IMG/VR virus record: IMGVR_UViG_2711768034_000005
Reading direction: 5' to 3' (one strand)
DNA length: 5,564 nucleotides
Origin: a virus
Lineage: Duplodnaviria > Heunggongvirae > Uroviricota > Caudoviricetes
Shown here: one piece after another, positions 1 to 5,564 of the stretch
Layout of the letters: every line of letters starts with the position of its first letter
Position numbering within the stretch: the stretch's first letter is position 1
Program-made: the position numbers and the translations under genes
Notes under the pieces: generated by a model
Told to the model about the DNA's origin: nothing
The model's input: the letters and a program-made list of their open reading frames with translations, nothing else
The model's database searches: none

Positions 1-232
1 CCAGCTGGCGTTTGAGACGTGCAATCTCGGTAGACATCTCCAGTTCACGTTCAGAAGACGTCTGCTGATTTTGCTGTTTACTGCGCCAGTTGTAGAGTTG
101 TGATTCATACAGGCTGAGTTCACGGGCTGCGGCAGTAACACCGATGCGTTCAGCAAGCTTCAGGGCTTCACTGCGAAATTCAGGCGAATGCTGTTTACGG
201 GGTTTTTTACTGGTTGATACTGTTTTTGTCAT
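1..232 (-). CDS. insE: IS3 transposase OrfA (InsE-type HTH protein), N-terminal 77 codons; 3' end truncated by the window edge
   Basis: Minus-strand translation from the ATG at 230-232 gives MTKTVSTSKKPRKQHSPEFRSEALKLAERIGVTAAARELSLYESQLYNWRSKQQNQQTSSERELEMSTEIARLKRQLA, matching IS3 OrfA from memory. Not in the supplied ORF track because it runs off the window. Confidence 0.88.
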   Translation of the reverse strand, partial: MTKTVSTSKKPRKQHSPEFRSEALKLAERIGVTAAARELSLYESQLYNWRSKQQNQQTSSERELEMSTEIARLKRQL

Positions 233-257
233 GTGAGTCACCTCTGACTGAGAGTTT

Positions 258-297
258 ACTCACTTAGCCGCGTGTCCACTATTGCTGGGTAAGATCA
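258..297 (-). repeat. IS3 terminal inverted repeat (IRL), approximately 40 bp
   Basis: Terminal TGATCTTACCC... motif (minus strand) ending at 297. The inner boundary is approximate because the other end of the element is not in the window for comparison. Confidence 0.6.
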
Positions 298-446
298 TAC
301 CTCTTTCGCTCTCGTCAGAATTCCATCAAGATTAATTGCTAAAAAGCGTGCTAAAGAAAGAAGATCGTTATCGGCGAACGGGCCGATCACTCATGCAGGA
401 AGCATAGATCCTTTGAGCGGAGTTTCTGATATCTGAGGAGTGCGAA

Positions 447-1208
447 ATGCAATTGAGCAGCAGTGAACCTTGCGTGGTGATCCTGACCGAAAAAGAGGTA
501 GAGGTAAGCGTCAATAACCATGCTACGTTTACCCTTCCGAAAAACTACCTGGCCGCCTTCGCGTGCAACAATAACGTCATTGAACTCTCAACGTTAAATC
601 ACGTATTAATCACCCACATCAACCGTAACATCATCAACGATTATCTGTTGTTTTTAAATAAGAACTTAACCTGTGTAAAGCCCTGGTCGCGGCTGGCAAC
701 CCCGGTTATCGCTTGTCATAGCCGTACACCGGAAGTGTTCCGGCTAGCCGCCAACCACAGCAAGCAGCAACCCAGCAAACCCTGCGAAGCGGAGTTGACG
801 CGCGCATTACTTTTTACCGTATTGTCTAACTTTCTTGAGCAATCGCGGTTTATTGCCCTACTGATGTATATCTTACGCAGCAGCGTCCGCGACAGCGTCT
901 GCCGCATTATTCAAAGCGATATTCAGCATTACTGGAATCTGCGAATTGTCGCCAGTTCGCTATGTTTAAGCCCCAGCCTGCTCAAAAAGAAATTAAAAAA
1001 CGAAAATACCAGCTATAGCCAGATTGTCACAGAGTGTCGTATGCGTTACGCCGTACAGATGTTATTGATGGATAACAAAAATATCACTCAGGTGGCGCAA
1101 TTATGTGGCTATAGCAGCACGTCGTACTTTATCTCTGTTTTTAAGGCGTTTTACGGCCTGACACCGTTGAATTATCTCGCCAAACAGCGACAAAAAGTGA
1201 TGTGGTGA
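447..1208 (+). CDS. envY: AraC/XylS-family transcriptional regulator EnvY (porin thermoregulatory protein), 253 aa
   Basis: ORF 447..1208 with RBS GAGGAG at 435-440, 6 nt before the ATG. The C-terminal AraC-type HTH region (LSPSLLKKKLKNENTSYSQIVTECRMRYAVQMLLMDNKNITQVAQLCGYSSTSYFISVFKAFYGLTP) and the full-length sequence match E. coli EnvY as I recall it. Low GC. Confidence 0.88.
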   Translation: MQLSSSEPCVVILTEKEVEVSVNNHATFTLPKNYLAAFACNNNVIELSTLNHVLITHINRNIINDYLLFLNKNLTCVKPWSRLATPVIACHSRTPEVFRLAANHSKQQPSKPCEAELTRALLFTVLSNFLEQSRFIALLMYILRSSVRDSVCRIIQSDIQHYWNLRIVASSLCLSPSLLKKKLKNENTSYSQIVTECRMRYAVQMLLMDNKNITQVAQLCGYSSTSYFISVFKAFYGLTPLNYLAKQRQKVMW

Positions 1209-1253
1209 AGGGCAAAGCGGAAACGGATAAGACGGGCATAAATGAAGAAGAAA

Positions 1254-1298
1254 TGGCGCGCCCTGCAGGATTCGAACCTGCGGCCCACGACTTAGAAG
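1254..1298 (-). pseudogene. 3' fragment (about 45 nt) of tRNA-Arg(UCU) argU: prophage attachment-site core (attR), pauD-like tRNA pseudogene
   Basis: Reverse complement of 1254-1298 is CTTCTAAGTCGTGGGCCGCAGGTTCGAATCCTGCAGGGCGCGCCA, i.e. anticodon loop (UCU) through T-arm, acceptor 3' strand and CCA of argU. The sequence 5' of this (1299 onward) does not supply a D-arm or a complementary acceptor 5' strand, so it is a partial copy, not a functional tRNA. Confidence 0.85.
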
Positions 1299-1499
1299 TT
1301 CCTAGAACGACATTTTAAGTCAACAACTTACCGCGCCATCTCTGCGCTCACACGTCCCACTACCTCAAAACATGTAAAGCCTTGCAAGCCATTGTGAGGC
1401 CTTATGTGTCTCAGTTTTGTCCCTCTTTTTTGTACTAAAAAACATAGCAATTGAGGATAAACCTCATGCTATTTTCGCTTATATGCCTCTAAAGGCATA

Positions 1500-1720
1500 G
1501 CGCTTAAATAGATAAAAACACCACAAAAGCATAAAAAACCACACAGTAAAACCGCAATATAAAACAATAACAGATAATTAAACCAAAAACAGATAGCGCA
1601 TTGTGATAATCATTCAATACTAAACAAAATATAAACAGTGGAGCAATATGTAATTGACTCATTAAGTTAGATATAAAAAATACATATTCAATCATTAAAA
1701 CGATTGAATGGAGAACTTTT
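1500..1720 (+). promoter_or_regulatory. AT-rich ompT upstream region (promoter/leader) with RBS GGAG at 1710-1713
   Basis: Very AT-rich A-tract-rich sequence directly upstream of ompT; Shine-Dalgarno GGAG 7 nt before the ATG at 1721. The exact -35/-10 elements cannot be fixed from sequence alone. Confidence 0.4.
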
Positions 1721-2674
1721 ATGCGGGCGAAACTTCTGGGAATAGTCCTGACAACCCCTATTGCGATCAGCTCTTTTGCTTCTACCGAGACTATATCGTT
1801 TACTCCTGACAACATAAATGCGGACATTAGTTTTGGAACTCTGAGCGGAAAAACAAAAGAGCGTGTTTATCTAGCCGAAGAAGGAGGCCGAAAAGTCAGT
1901 CAACTCGACTGGAAATTCAATAACGCTGCAATTATTAAAGGTGCAATTAATTGGGATTTGATGCCCCAGATATCTATCGGGGCTGCTGGCTGGACAACTC
2001 TCGGCAGCCGAGGTGGCAATATGGTCGATCAGGACTGGATGGATTCCAGTAACCCCGGAACCTGGACGGATGAAAGTAGACACCCTGATACACAACTCAA
2101 TTATGCCAACGAATTCGATCTGAATATCAAAGGCTGGCTCCTCAACGAACCCAATTACCGCCTGGGACTCATGGCCGGATATCAGGAAAGCCGTTATAGC
2201 TTTACAGCCAGAGGTGGTTCCTATATCTACAGTTCTGAGGAGGGATTCAGAGATGATATCGGCTCCTTCCCGAATGGAGAAAGAGCAATCGGCTACAAAC
2301 AACGTTTTAAAATGCCCTACATTGGCTTGACTGGAAGTTATCGTTATGAAGATTTTGAACTCGGTGGCACATTTAAATACAGCGGCTGGGTGGAATCATC
2401 TGATAACGATGAACACTATGACCCGGGAAAAAGAATCACTTATCGCAGTAAGGTCAAAGACCAAAATTACTATTCTGTTGCAGTCAATGCAGGTTATTAC
2501 GTCACACCTAACACAAAAGTTTATGTTGAAGGCGCATGGAATCGGGTTACGAATAAAAAAGGTAATACTTCACTTTATGATCACAATAATAACACTTCAG
2601 ACTACAGCAAAAATGGAGCAGGTATAGAAAACTATAACTTCATCACTACTGCTGGTCTTAAGTACACATTTTAA
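1721..2674 (+). CDS. ompT: Outer-membrane protease OmpT (omptin, protease VII), 317 aa precursor
   Basis: ORF 1721..2674. N-terminal signal peptide MRAKLLGIVLTTPIAISSFA followed by STET.... Omptin catalytic residues are present at the expected places (precursor D103 and D105 in VDQDW; D230 and H232 in SDNDEHYD, equal to mature D83/D85/D210/H212). The full-length sequence matches E. coli OmpT from memory. Confidence 0.95.
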   Translation: MRAKLLGIVLTTPIAISSFASTETISFTPDNINADISFGTLSGKTKERVYLAEEGGRKVSQLDWKFNNAAIIKGAINWDLMPQISIGAAGWTTLGSRGGNMVDQDWMDSSNPGTWTDESRHPDTQLNYANEFDLNIKGWLLNEPNYRLGLMAGYQESRYSFTARGGSYIYSSEEGFRDDIGSFPNGERAIGYKQRFKMPYIGLTGSYRYEDFELGGTFKYSGWVESSDNDEHYDPGKRITYRSKVKDQNYYSVAVNAGYYVTPNTKVYVEGAWNRVTNKKGNTSLYDHNNNTSDYSKNGAGIENYNFITTAGLKYTF

Positions 2675-2690
2675 GAACGCCAACTAAAAT

Positions 2691-2720
2691 TTCCCCGAGG
2701 TGAAAATCGCCCCGGGGAAT
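2691..2720. terminator. Putative bidirectional hairpin terminator between convergent ompT and appY
   Basis: Imperfect inverted repeat TTCCCCGAGG ... CCCCGGGGAA (one mismatch, 9-nt loop) 17 nt after the ompT stop, flanked by AAAATTT on one side. The U-tract is weak on the plus strand and somewhat better on the minus strand (AUUUUA), so function is uncertain. Confidence 0.4.
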
Positions 2721-2922
2721 AACTAGCCATTTCAATGTAACAATTAACCCTTAAAATAAACCCAGAAGGTTATTAACTAAATCACATAGAAAACCATCAA
2801 TTATAGCATGTATAAAATAGGCGACAGCAACCCAATTACAAATTAATGGTTCCAGAATATCACATCAAAAAAACGCTGTATAATATTATAATTAACATGT
2901 AGACAACTTGTAATAAACATTA

Positions 2923-3672
2923 TCAGTCAATTGTTTTGTTTATTCCATCTGTGACGCCGATTATTTTCTCAAAATAATGAGATGGCGTGACACCATAATA
3001 ATCTTTAAATGCACATATGAAATATGAAGTACTGTTATAGCCACATTTCTGGGCTACGACATTGATAGAATAAGAGTTTGAAGTTATGAGTTTTTTTGCA
3101 TACCTCATCCTAGTATCTCTCAATATTTCAGTAAATGACGTTCCTTCATCCCTTAATCTTTTTTTTATTAAACTTTCACTCGTATAAATCAATTCCGCAA
3201 TATCTTTTAAATGCCATTGCCGCTCAATATTAAAACTGATTATTCCAGTAATTTTACAGGTAAATGTATTTATATTTGTTAGTATAAATGAATTTACACT
3301 TTCGCGTTTTTTGAACATGGCAAGTAAGGATATACATAGTCTTTCTTTTAACCAAAGGGAGTGTGAGTCTGCTATTTTAATCCCTTCAAACAGAGAAAAA
3401 ACAAGCGATAATGGAGGTTCCTCTTCAGCAATATAGCCATTCTTATCAAGAGTAAATTTGCCAGGCAGCTCATTATTCACGTCGATAAAAAAGGATAAAC
3501 ATGTTTTCTTATCTATATCAACAATTCTTAGTTTAGAGGGGCATACTGGTAACTCCCTTCTAATTTTGTCGCTTACAATAAACAATGAATTTTTTTTGAA
3601 CGAGATAACTCCCCTGTTTATAATTAAATCAAATGATTGACAGATGAAAACTACGGAGCAAACATAATCCAT
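2923..3672 (-). CDS. appY: AraC/XylS-family transcriptional regulator AppY, 249 aa
   Basis: ORF 2923..3672 (minus). The translation [56 protein letters not shown]... with a C-terminal AraC HTH ([19 protein letters not shown]) matches E. coli AppY from memory. Plausible RBS AGGTG 4 nt upstream of the ATG. Low GC. Confidence 0.92.
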   Translation of the reverse strand: MDYVCSVVFICQSFDLIINRGVISFKKNSLFIVSDKIRRELPVCPSKLRIVDIDKKTCLSFFIDVNNELPGKFTLDKNGYIAEEEPPLSLVFSLFEGIKIADSHSLWLKERLCISLLAMFKKRESVNSFILTNINTFTCKITGIISFNIERQWHLKDIAELIYTSESLIKKRLRDEGTSFTEILRDTRMRYAKKLITSNSYSINVVAQKCGYNSTSYFICAFKDYYGVTPSHYFEKIIGVTDGINKTID

Positions 3673-4217
3673 CTTGCACCTATCATAAAATTAAAACAAG
3701 TTGATAGCAGTCAAATAACAACCAATTAAATACACAATCATAATCAGGATGATGTGCATTTATATTTTTATACACAAAATTATAGTTTGCAAATTTTAAT
3801 AAATTTCATTTAAGATTAAATTATTATATGTATATTGTTTTTTATTCTAACGTATTTCAAAGTTACATTTTTCAACGCTTACTATACTTTTTATTAACAT
3901 AAACTCACTACAACGCACCTGAAACCTCTTGCTATATATATGTCAACCGTTTGAATTTAAAATAAAAAGAGTATCATTTTTACTTGCATTTCTTATCAAG
4001 TCACATTCAACAACAGTAAAAAAACATTATTAGAACCATTCAATTAACAAAAAACCAACATCCAGCTTGCTTAATTTTTCTTTATTAAACGACATTGAAA
4101 ATCAATTGATAAAATACATCTAAACAACCTTTTGGGGCGCAAAAGCATAACATCAAACAAACAAATAACACACCGAAAAAACTCACAATTAATAACCTAT
4201 GATATACATACTGTTTA
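3673..4217 (-). promoter_or_regulatory. Long AT-rich upstream/leader region of appY (candidate promoter and nucleoid-protein-bound silencing region)
   Basis: About 545 bp of strongly AT-rich, A/T-tract-rich DNA with no ORF of 60 aa or more, lying between the tfa remnant and the appY start. Assignment as the appY control region is by position only. Confidence 0.4.
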
Positions 4218-4429
4218 TTATGGTTGAATAAGCCACTCGATATCTGGTGCTACGGAAGTGTCCACACGGTTTAGCAGCACCCGATACTTTTTTCAGGCTT
4301 CCAGCAACGATCTTTCTTCCTCCGTTGCGATTTCCAGATCTACAGCATCCTGCAGTGGCGCAATATACTCACTGAATTCCTGGATGTAGAACTGTGTGGT
4401 GACGGTCTTCCAGCCATTCGGCTCCTGCT
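4218..4429 (-). pseudogene. Tail fibre assembly protein (Tfa-like) C-terminal remnant with an in-frame stop; tfaX-like pseudogene
   Basis: Minus-strand frame ending at stop 4218-4220 translates ...[67 protein letters not shown]. The [19 protein letters not shown] motif is the conserved C-terminus of lambdoid Tfa proteins as I recall it. An in-frame TGA sits at 4293-4295. The upstream boundary is the junction with the FII fragment at about 4429/4430. Confidence 0.6.
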
Positions 4430-4495
4430 GTACCCGCGTATCGTTTCATCGGCGCAGGCAATGGCAGCATCGAACAGGTTATCGAAATCAGCCAC
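4430..4495 (-). pseudogene. Lambda FII-like head-tail joining gene, N-terminal 22 codons only (deletion-truncated)
   Basis: GTG at 4493-4495 (minus), 11 nt after the FI stop, with GGGAGG RBS; translation MADFDNLFDAAIACADETIRGY matches the start of lambda gpFII from memory, then homology ends abruptly at about 4430. Confidence 0.65.
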
Positions 4496-4506
4496 AGCGC
4501 CTCCCG

Positions 4507-4905
4507 TTATTGCATTCTGGCCAGGCCGCGCTCTGTCATTTCGGCTGCCACACCGGCAGAGACACGAAACGCCGTTCCCGGCAGCACAAATGCCACAGGT
4601 TCATCCCGCGTGGCGTGAAGTGCATCAGTATGCAGCTTCACCAGTGCCACGACCGTGACCAGTTCAGACGTATCCAGAATCACGGTATCCGGCTGCGCTG
4701 ATCCCACCTCATTTTCATGTCCGGTCAGCACATTTTCCCGGCTGAGAGGGGTGTCCTGACCGGCAGTTTCATCCGTGTCATCAAGCTCCTCTTCCAGCTC
4801 TGCCACACGGAGCGCCAGTTCTTCTTTCGTCCCCGTCAGGCTGACATCACGGTTCAGTTGTTCACCCAGCGAGCGGAGACGGGCAATCAGTTCATCTTTC
4901 GTCAT
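4507..4905 (-). CDS. Lambda FI-like DNA-packaging protein (gpFI), 132 aa, apparently intact
   Basis: MTKDELIARLRSLGEQLNRDVSLTGTKEELALRVAELEEELDDTDETAGQDTPLSRENVLTGHENEVGSAQPDTVILDTSELVTVVALVKLHTDALHATRDEPVAFVLPGTAFRVSAGVAAEMTERGLARMQ. Start ATG at 4903-4905 preceded by RBS GGAGGAG (4909-4915). The supplied 145-aa ORF (4507..4944) begins at an upstream in-frame ATG that lies in the E-FI spacer; I prefer the internal Met with the RBS. Confidence 0.82.
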   Translation of the reverse strand: MTKDELIARLRSLGEQLNRDVSLTGTKEELALRVAELEEELDDTDETAGQDTPLSRENVLTGHENEVGSAQPDTVILDTSELVTVVALVKLHTDALHATRDEPVAFVLPGTAFRVSAGVAAEMTERGLARMQ

Positions 4906-4946
4906 GGACTCCTCCACAGAGAAACAATGGCCCCGAAGGGCCATGA

Positions 4947-5043
4947 TTACGCCAGTTGTACGGACACGAACTCATCAGGGTCAGCCAGCAGCATCAGCGG
5001 TGCTGACTGAATCATGGTGAACTCACGCGCCGGATCCGCCAGA
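4947..5043 (-). pseudogene. Lambda E-like major capsid gene, C-terminal 31 codons plus stop (deletion remnant)
   Basis: Minus-strand frame LADPAREFTMIQSAPLMLLADPDEFVSVQLA* ends at stop 4947-4949, 41 nt upstream of the FI start. Position and spacing fit the E-FI arrangement of lambda-like phages; identity of the short fragment is by synteny plus partial recall. Confidence 0.6.
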
Positions 5044-5200
5044 TTTCGGCATACCATTTTATGACGGCGGCAGAGTCATAAAGCACCTCATTACCCTTGC
5101 CACCGCCTCGCAGAACGGGCATTCCCTGTTCCTGCCAGTTCTGAATGGTACGGATACTCGCACCGAAAATGTCAGCCAGCTGCTTTTTGTTGACTTCCAT
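5012..5200 (-). pseudogene. Terminase small subunit Nu1 (nohD-like), N-terminal 52 codons fused out of frame to the E remnant; truncated pseudogene
   Basis: ORF 5012..5200 translates MEVNKKQLADIFGASIRTIQNWQEQGMPVLRGGGKGNEVLYDSAAVIKWYAE, matching the lambda Nu1 N-terminus (winged-HTH DNA-binding domain), then IWRIRRVSSP* which is E-derived sequence read out of frame. Homology to Nu1 stops at about 5044. Confidence 0.85.
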
Positions 5201-5420
5201 TGTTCATTCCACGGCCAAAAACAGAGAAAGGAAACGACAAAGGCCCAAAAGCTCGTTTTCAGCACCTGTCGTTTCCTTTCTTTTCAGGGGGTATTTTAAA
5301 TAAAAACATTAAGTTACGACGAAGAAGAACGGAAACACCTTAAACCGGAAAATTTTCATAAATAGCAAAAACCCGCGAGGTCGCCGCCCCGTAACCTGTC
5401 GGATCGCCGGAAAGGACCCG
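5201..5420 (-). other. Lambda-type cohesive end site (cos): cosB 5201-5377, cosN 12-nt cohesive-end sequence 5378-5389, cosQ region about 5390-5420
   Basis: Reverse complement of 5371-5400 reads GACAGGTTACGGGGCGGCGACCTCGCGGGT, containing the lambda cohesive-end sequence GGGCGGCGACCT. The sequence between cosN and the Nu1 start closely matches the lambda cosB region (Nu1-binding R sites and IHF site) and 5390-5564 matches the lambda right-end sequence, all from memory. Confidence 0.82.
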
Positions 5421-5564
5421 CAAAATGATAATAATTATCATCTGCATGTCACAACGTGCATCTACGCCATCAAACCACGTCAAATAATCAATTATGACGC
5501 AGGTATCATATTAATTGATCTGCATCAACTTAACGTAAAAACAACTTCAGACAATACAAATCAG

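Larger units (their letters stand above)
1..297 (-). mobile_element. IS3 insertion sequence, left end only (IRL plus 5' part of orfA); the rest lies beyond the window start
   Basis: Reverse complement of 259-297 reads TGATCTTACCCAGCAATAGTGGACACGCGGCTAAGTGAG..., which I recognise as the IS3 left inverted repeat; it is followed 65 nt in by the IS3 orfA start. The element terminus is at position 297 and its body runs off the 5' edge of the window. Confidence 0.88.

Noticed and set aside
716-907. 63-aa minus-strand ORF inside envY
   Set aside because: Antisense shadow ORF inside a confidently assigned gene.
1254-1335. Possibility of a complete tRNA gene
   Set aside because: Only the 3' 45 nt match argU. 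The adjoining sequence cannot form a D-arm or pair with the acceptor 3' strand, so it is an att-core duplicate, not a functional tRNA.
1504-1827. 107-aa minus-strand ORF in the supplied track
   Set aside because: It lies in the extremely AT-rich ompT promoter region and overlaps the ompT start antisense. The translation is low-complexity and hydrophobic, typical of a chance ORF in AT-rich DNA, with no RBS evident.
1871-2627. ORFs 1871..2302 (minus, 143 aa) and 2346..2627 (plus, 93 aa) inside ompT
   Set aside because: Both are entirely contained within the well-supported ompT coding sequence in alternative frames; they are shadow ORFs.
3458-3640. 60-aa plus-strand ORF inside appY
   Set aside because: Antisense shadow ORF within appY; low-complexity translation.
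4906-4944. Upstream ATG at 4942-4944 as the FI start (the 145-aa version of the ORF)
   Set aside because: That ATG lies in the E-FI spacer immediately after the E stop and has no RBS. The Met at 4903-4905 follows a strong GGAGGAG RBS and gives the 132-aa protein recalled for gpFI.
4396-5020. Plus-strand ORFs 4396..4701, 4461..4658, 4717..5010 and 4775..5020
   Set aside because: All are antisense to the FII/FI/E/Nu1 remnants whose minus-strand translations match lambda proteins. They are GC-rich shadow frames (Arg/Ser/Pro-rich translations).
5059-5265. 68-aa minus-strand ORF overlapping the Nu1 fragment and cosB
   Set aside because: It starts inside cosB and overlaps the Nu1 N-terminal coding sequence in a different frame; the Nu1 frame is the one with recognisable homology.
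1-5564. A new defence, toxin-antitoxin or other undescribed multi-gene system; CRISPR array; rRNA
   Set aside because: Every substantial ORF is accounted for by a recognisable protein (IS3 OrfA, EnvY, OmpT, AppY, lambda FI, Nu1/E/FII/Tfa remnants). There are no direct-repeat/spacer arrays and no unexplained conserved-looking coding regions. What is unusual here is structural (deletions, cos retention, IS insertion), not a new system.
4200-5564. Cloning-vector or assembly-chimera origin for the lambda-like sequence
   Set aside because: The arrangement follows natural lambda synteny next to the known DLP12 cargo genes and att core, with deletions unlike standard lambda vectors. Chimeric assembly cannot be excluded from sequence alone but is not the simplest reading.

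Overview
This window reads as the right (attR) end of a DLP12-like defective lambdoid prophage integrated at the tRNA-Arg (argU) site of an Escherichia coli-type chromosome, plus adjacent host DNA. All identifications rest on reading the translations and recalling known protein and DNA sequences; no search was run. From high to low coordinates on the minus strand, the prophage side keeps lambda gene order: a lambda-like cos site (cosQ/cosN/cosB), the first 52 codons of terminase small subunit Nu1, a deletion junction, the last 31 codons of major capsid gene E, an apparently intact FI gene, the first 22 codons of FII, a second deletion junction, a tail-fibre-assembly (tfa) C-terminal remnant with an in-frame stop, a ~545 bp AT-rich leader, the AraC-family regulator appY, the outer-membrane protease ompT (convergent with appY), and a 45-nt 3' fragment of tRNA-Arg that marks the att core. 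Beyond the att core lie the AraC-family regulator envY and the left end of an IS3 element (inverted repeat plus the N-terminal part of orfA/insE) about 150 bp upstream of envY. I found no CRISPR array, rRNA, intact tRNA, or any convincing new multi-gene system; the window is a known accessory locus. The points worth a second look are structural: two clean deletions that spare FI, a complete cos site next to a dead terminase gene, the IS3 insertion upstream of envY, and AraC paralogues on both sides of the att core.
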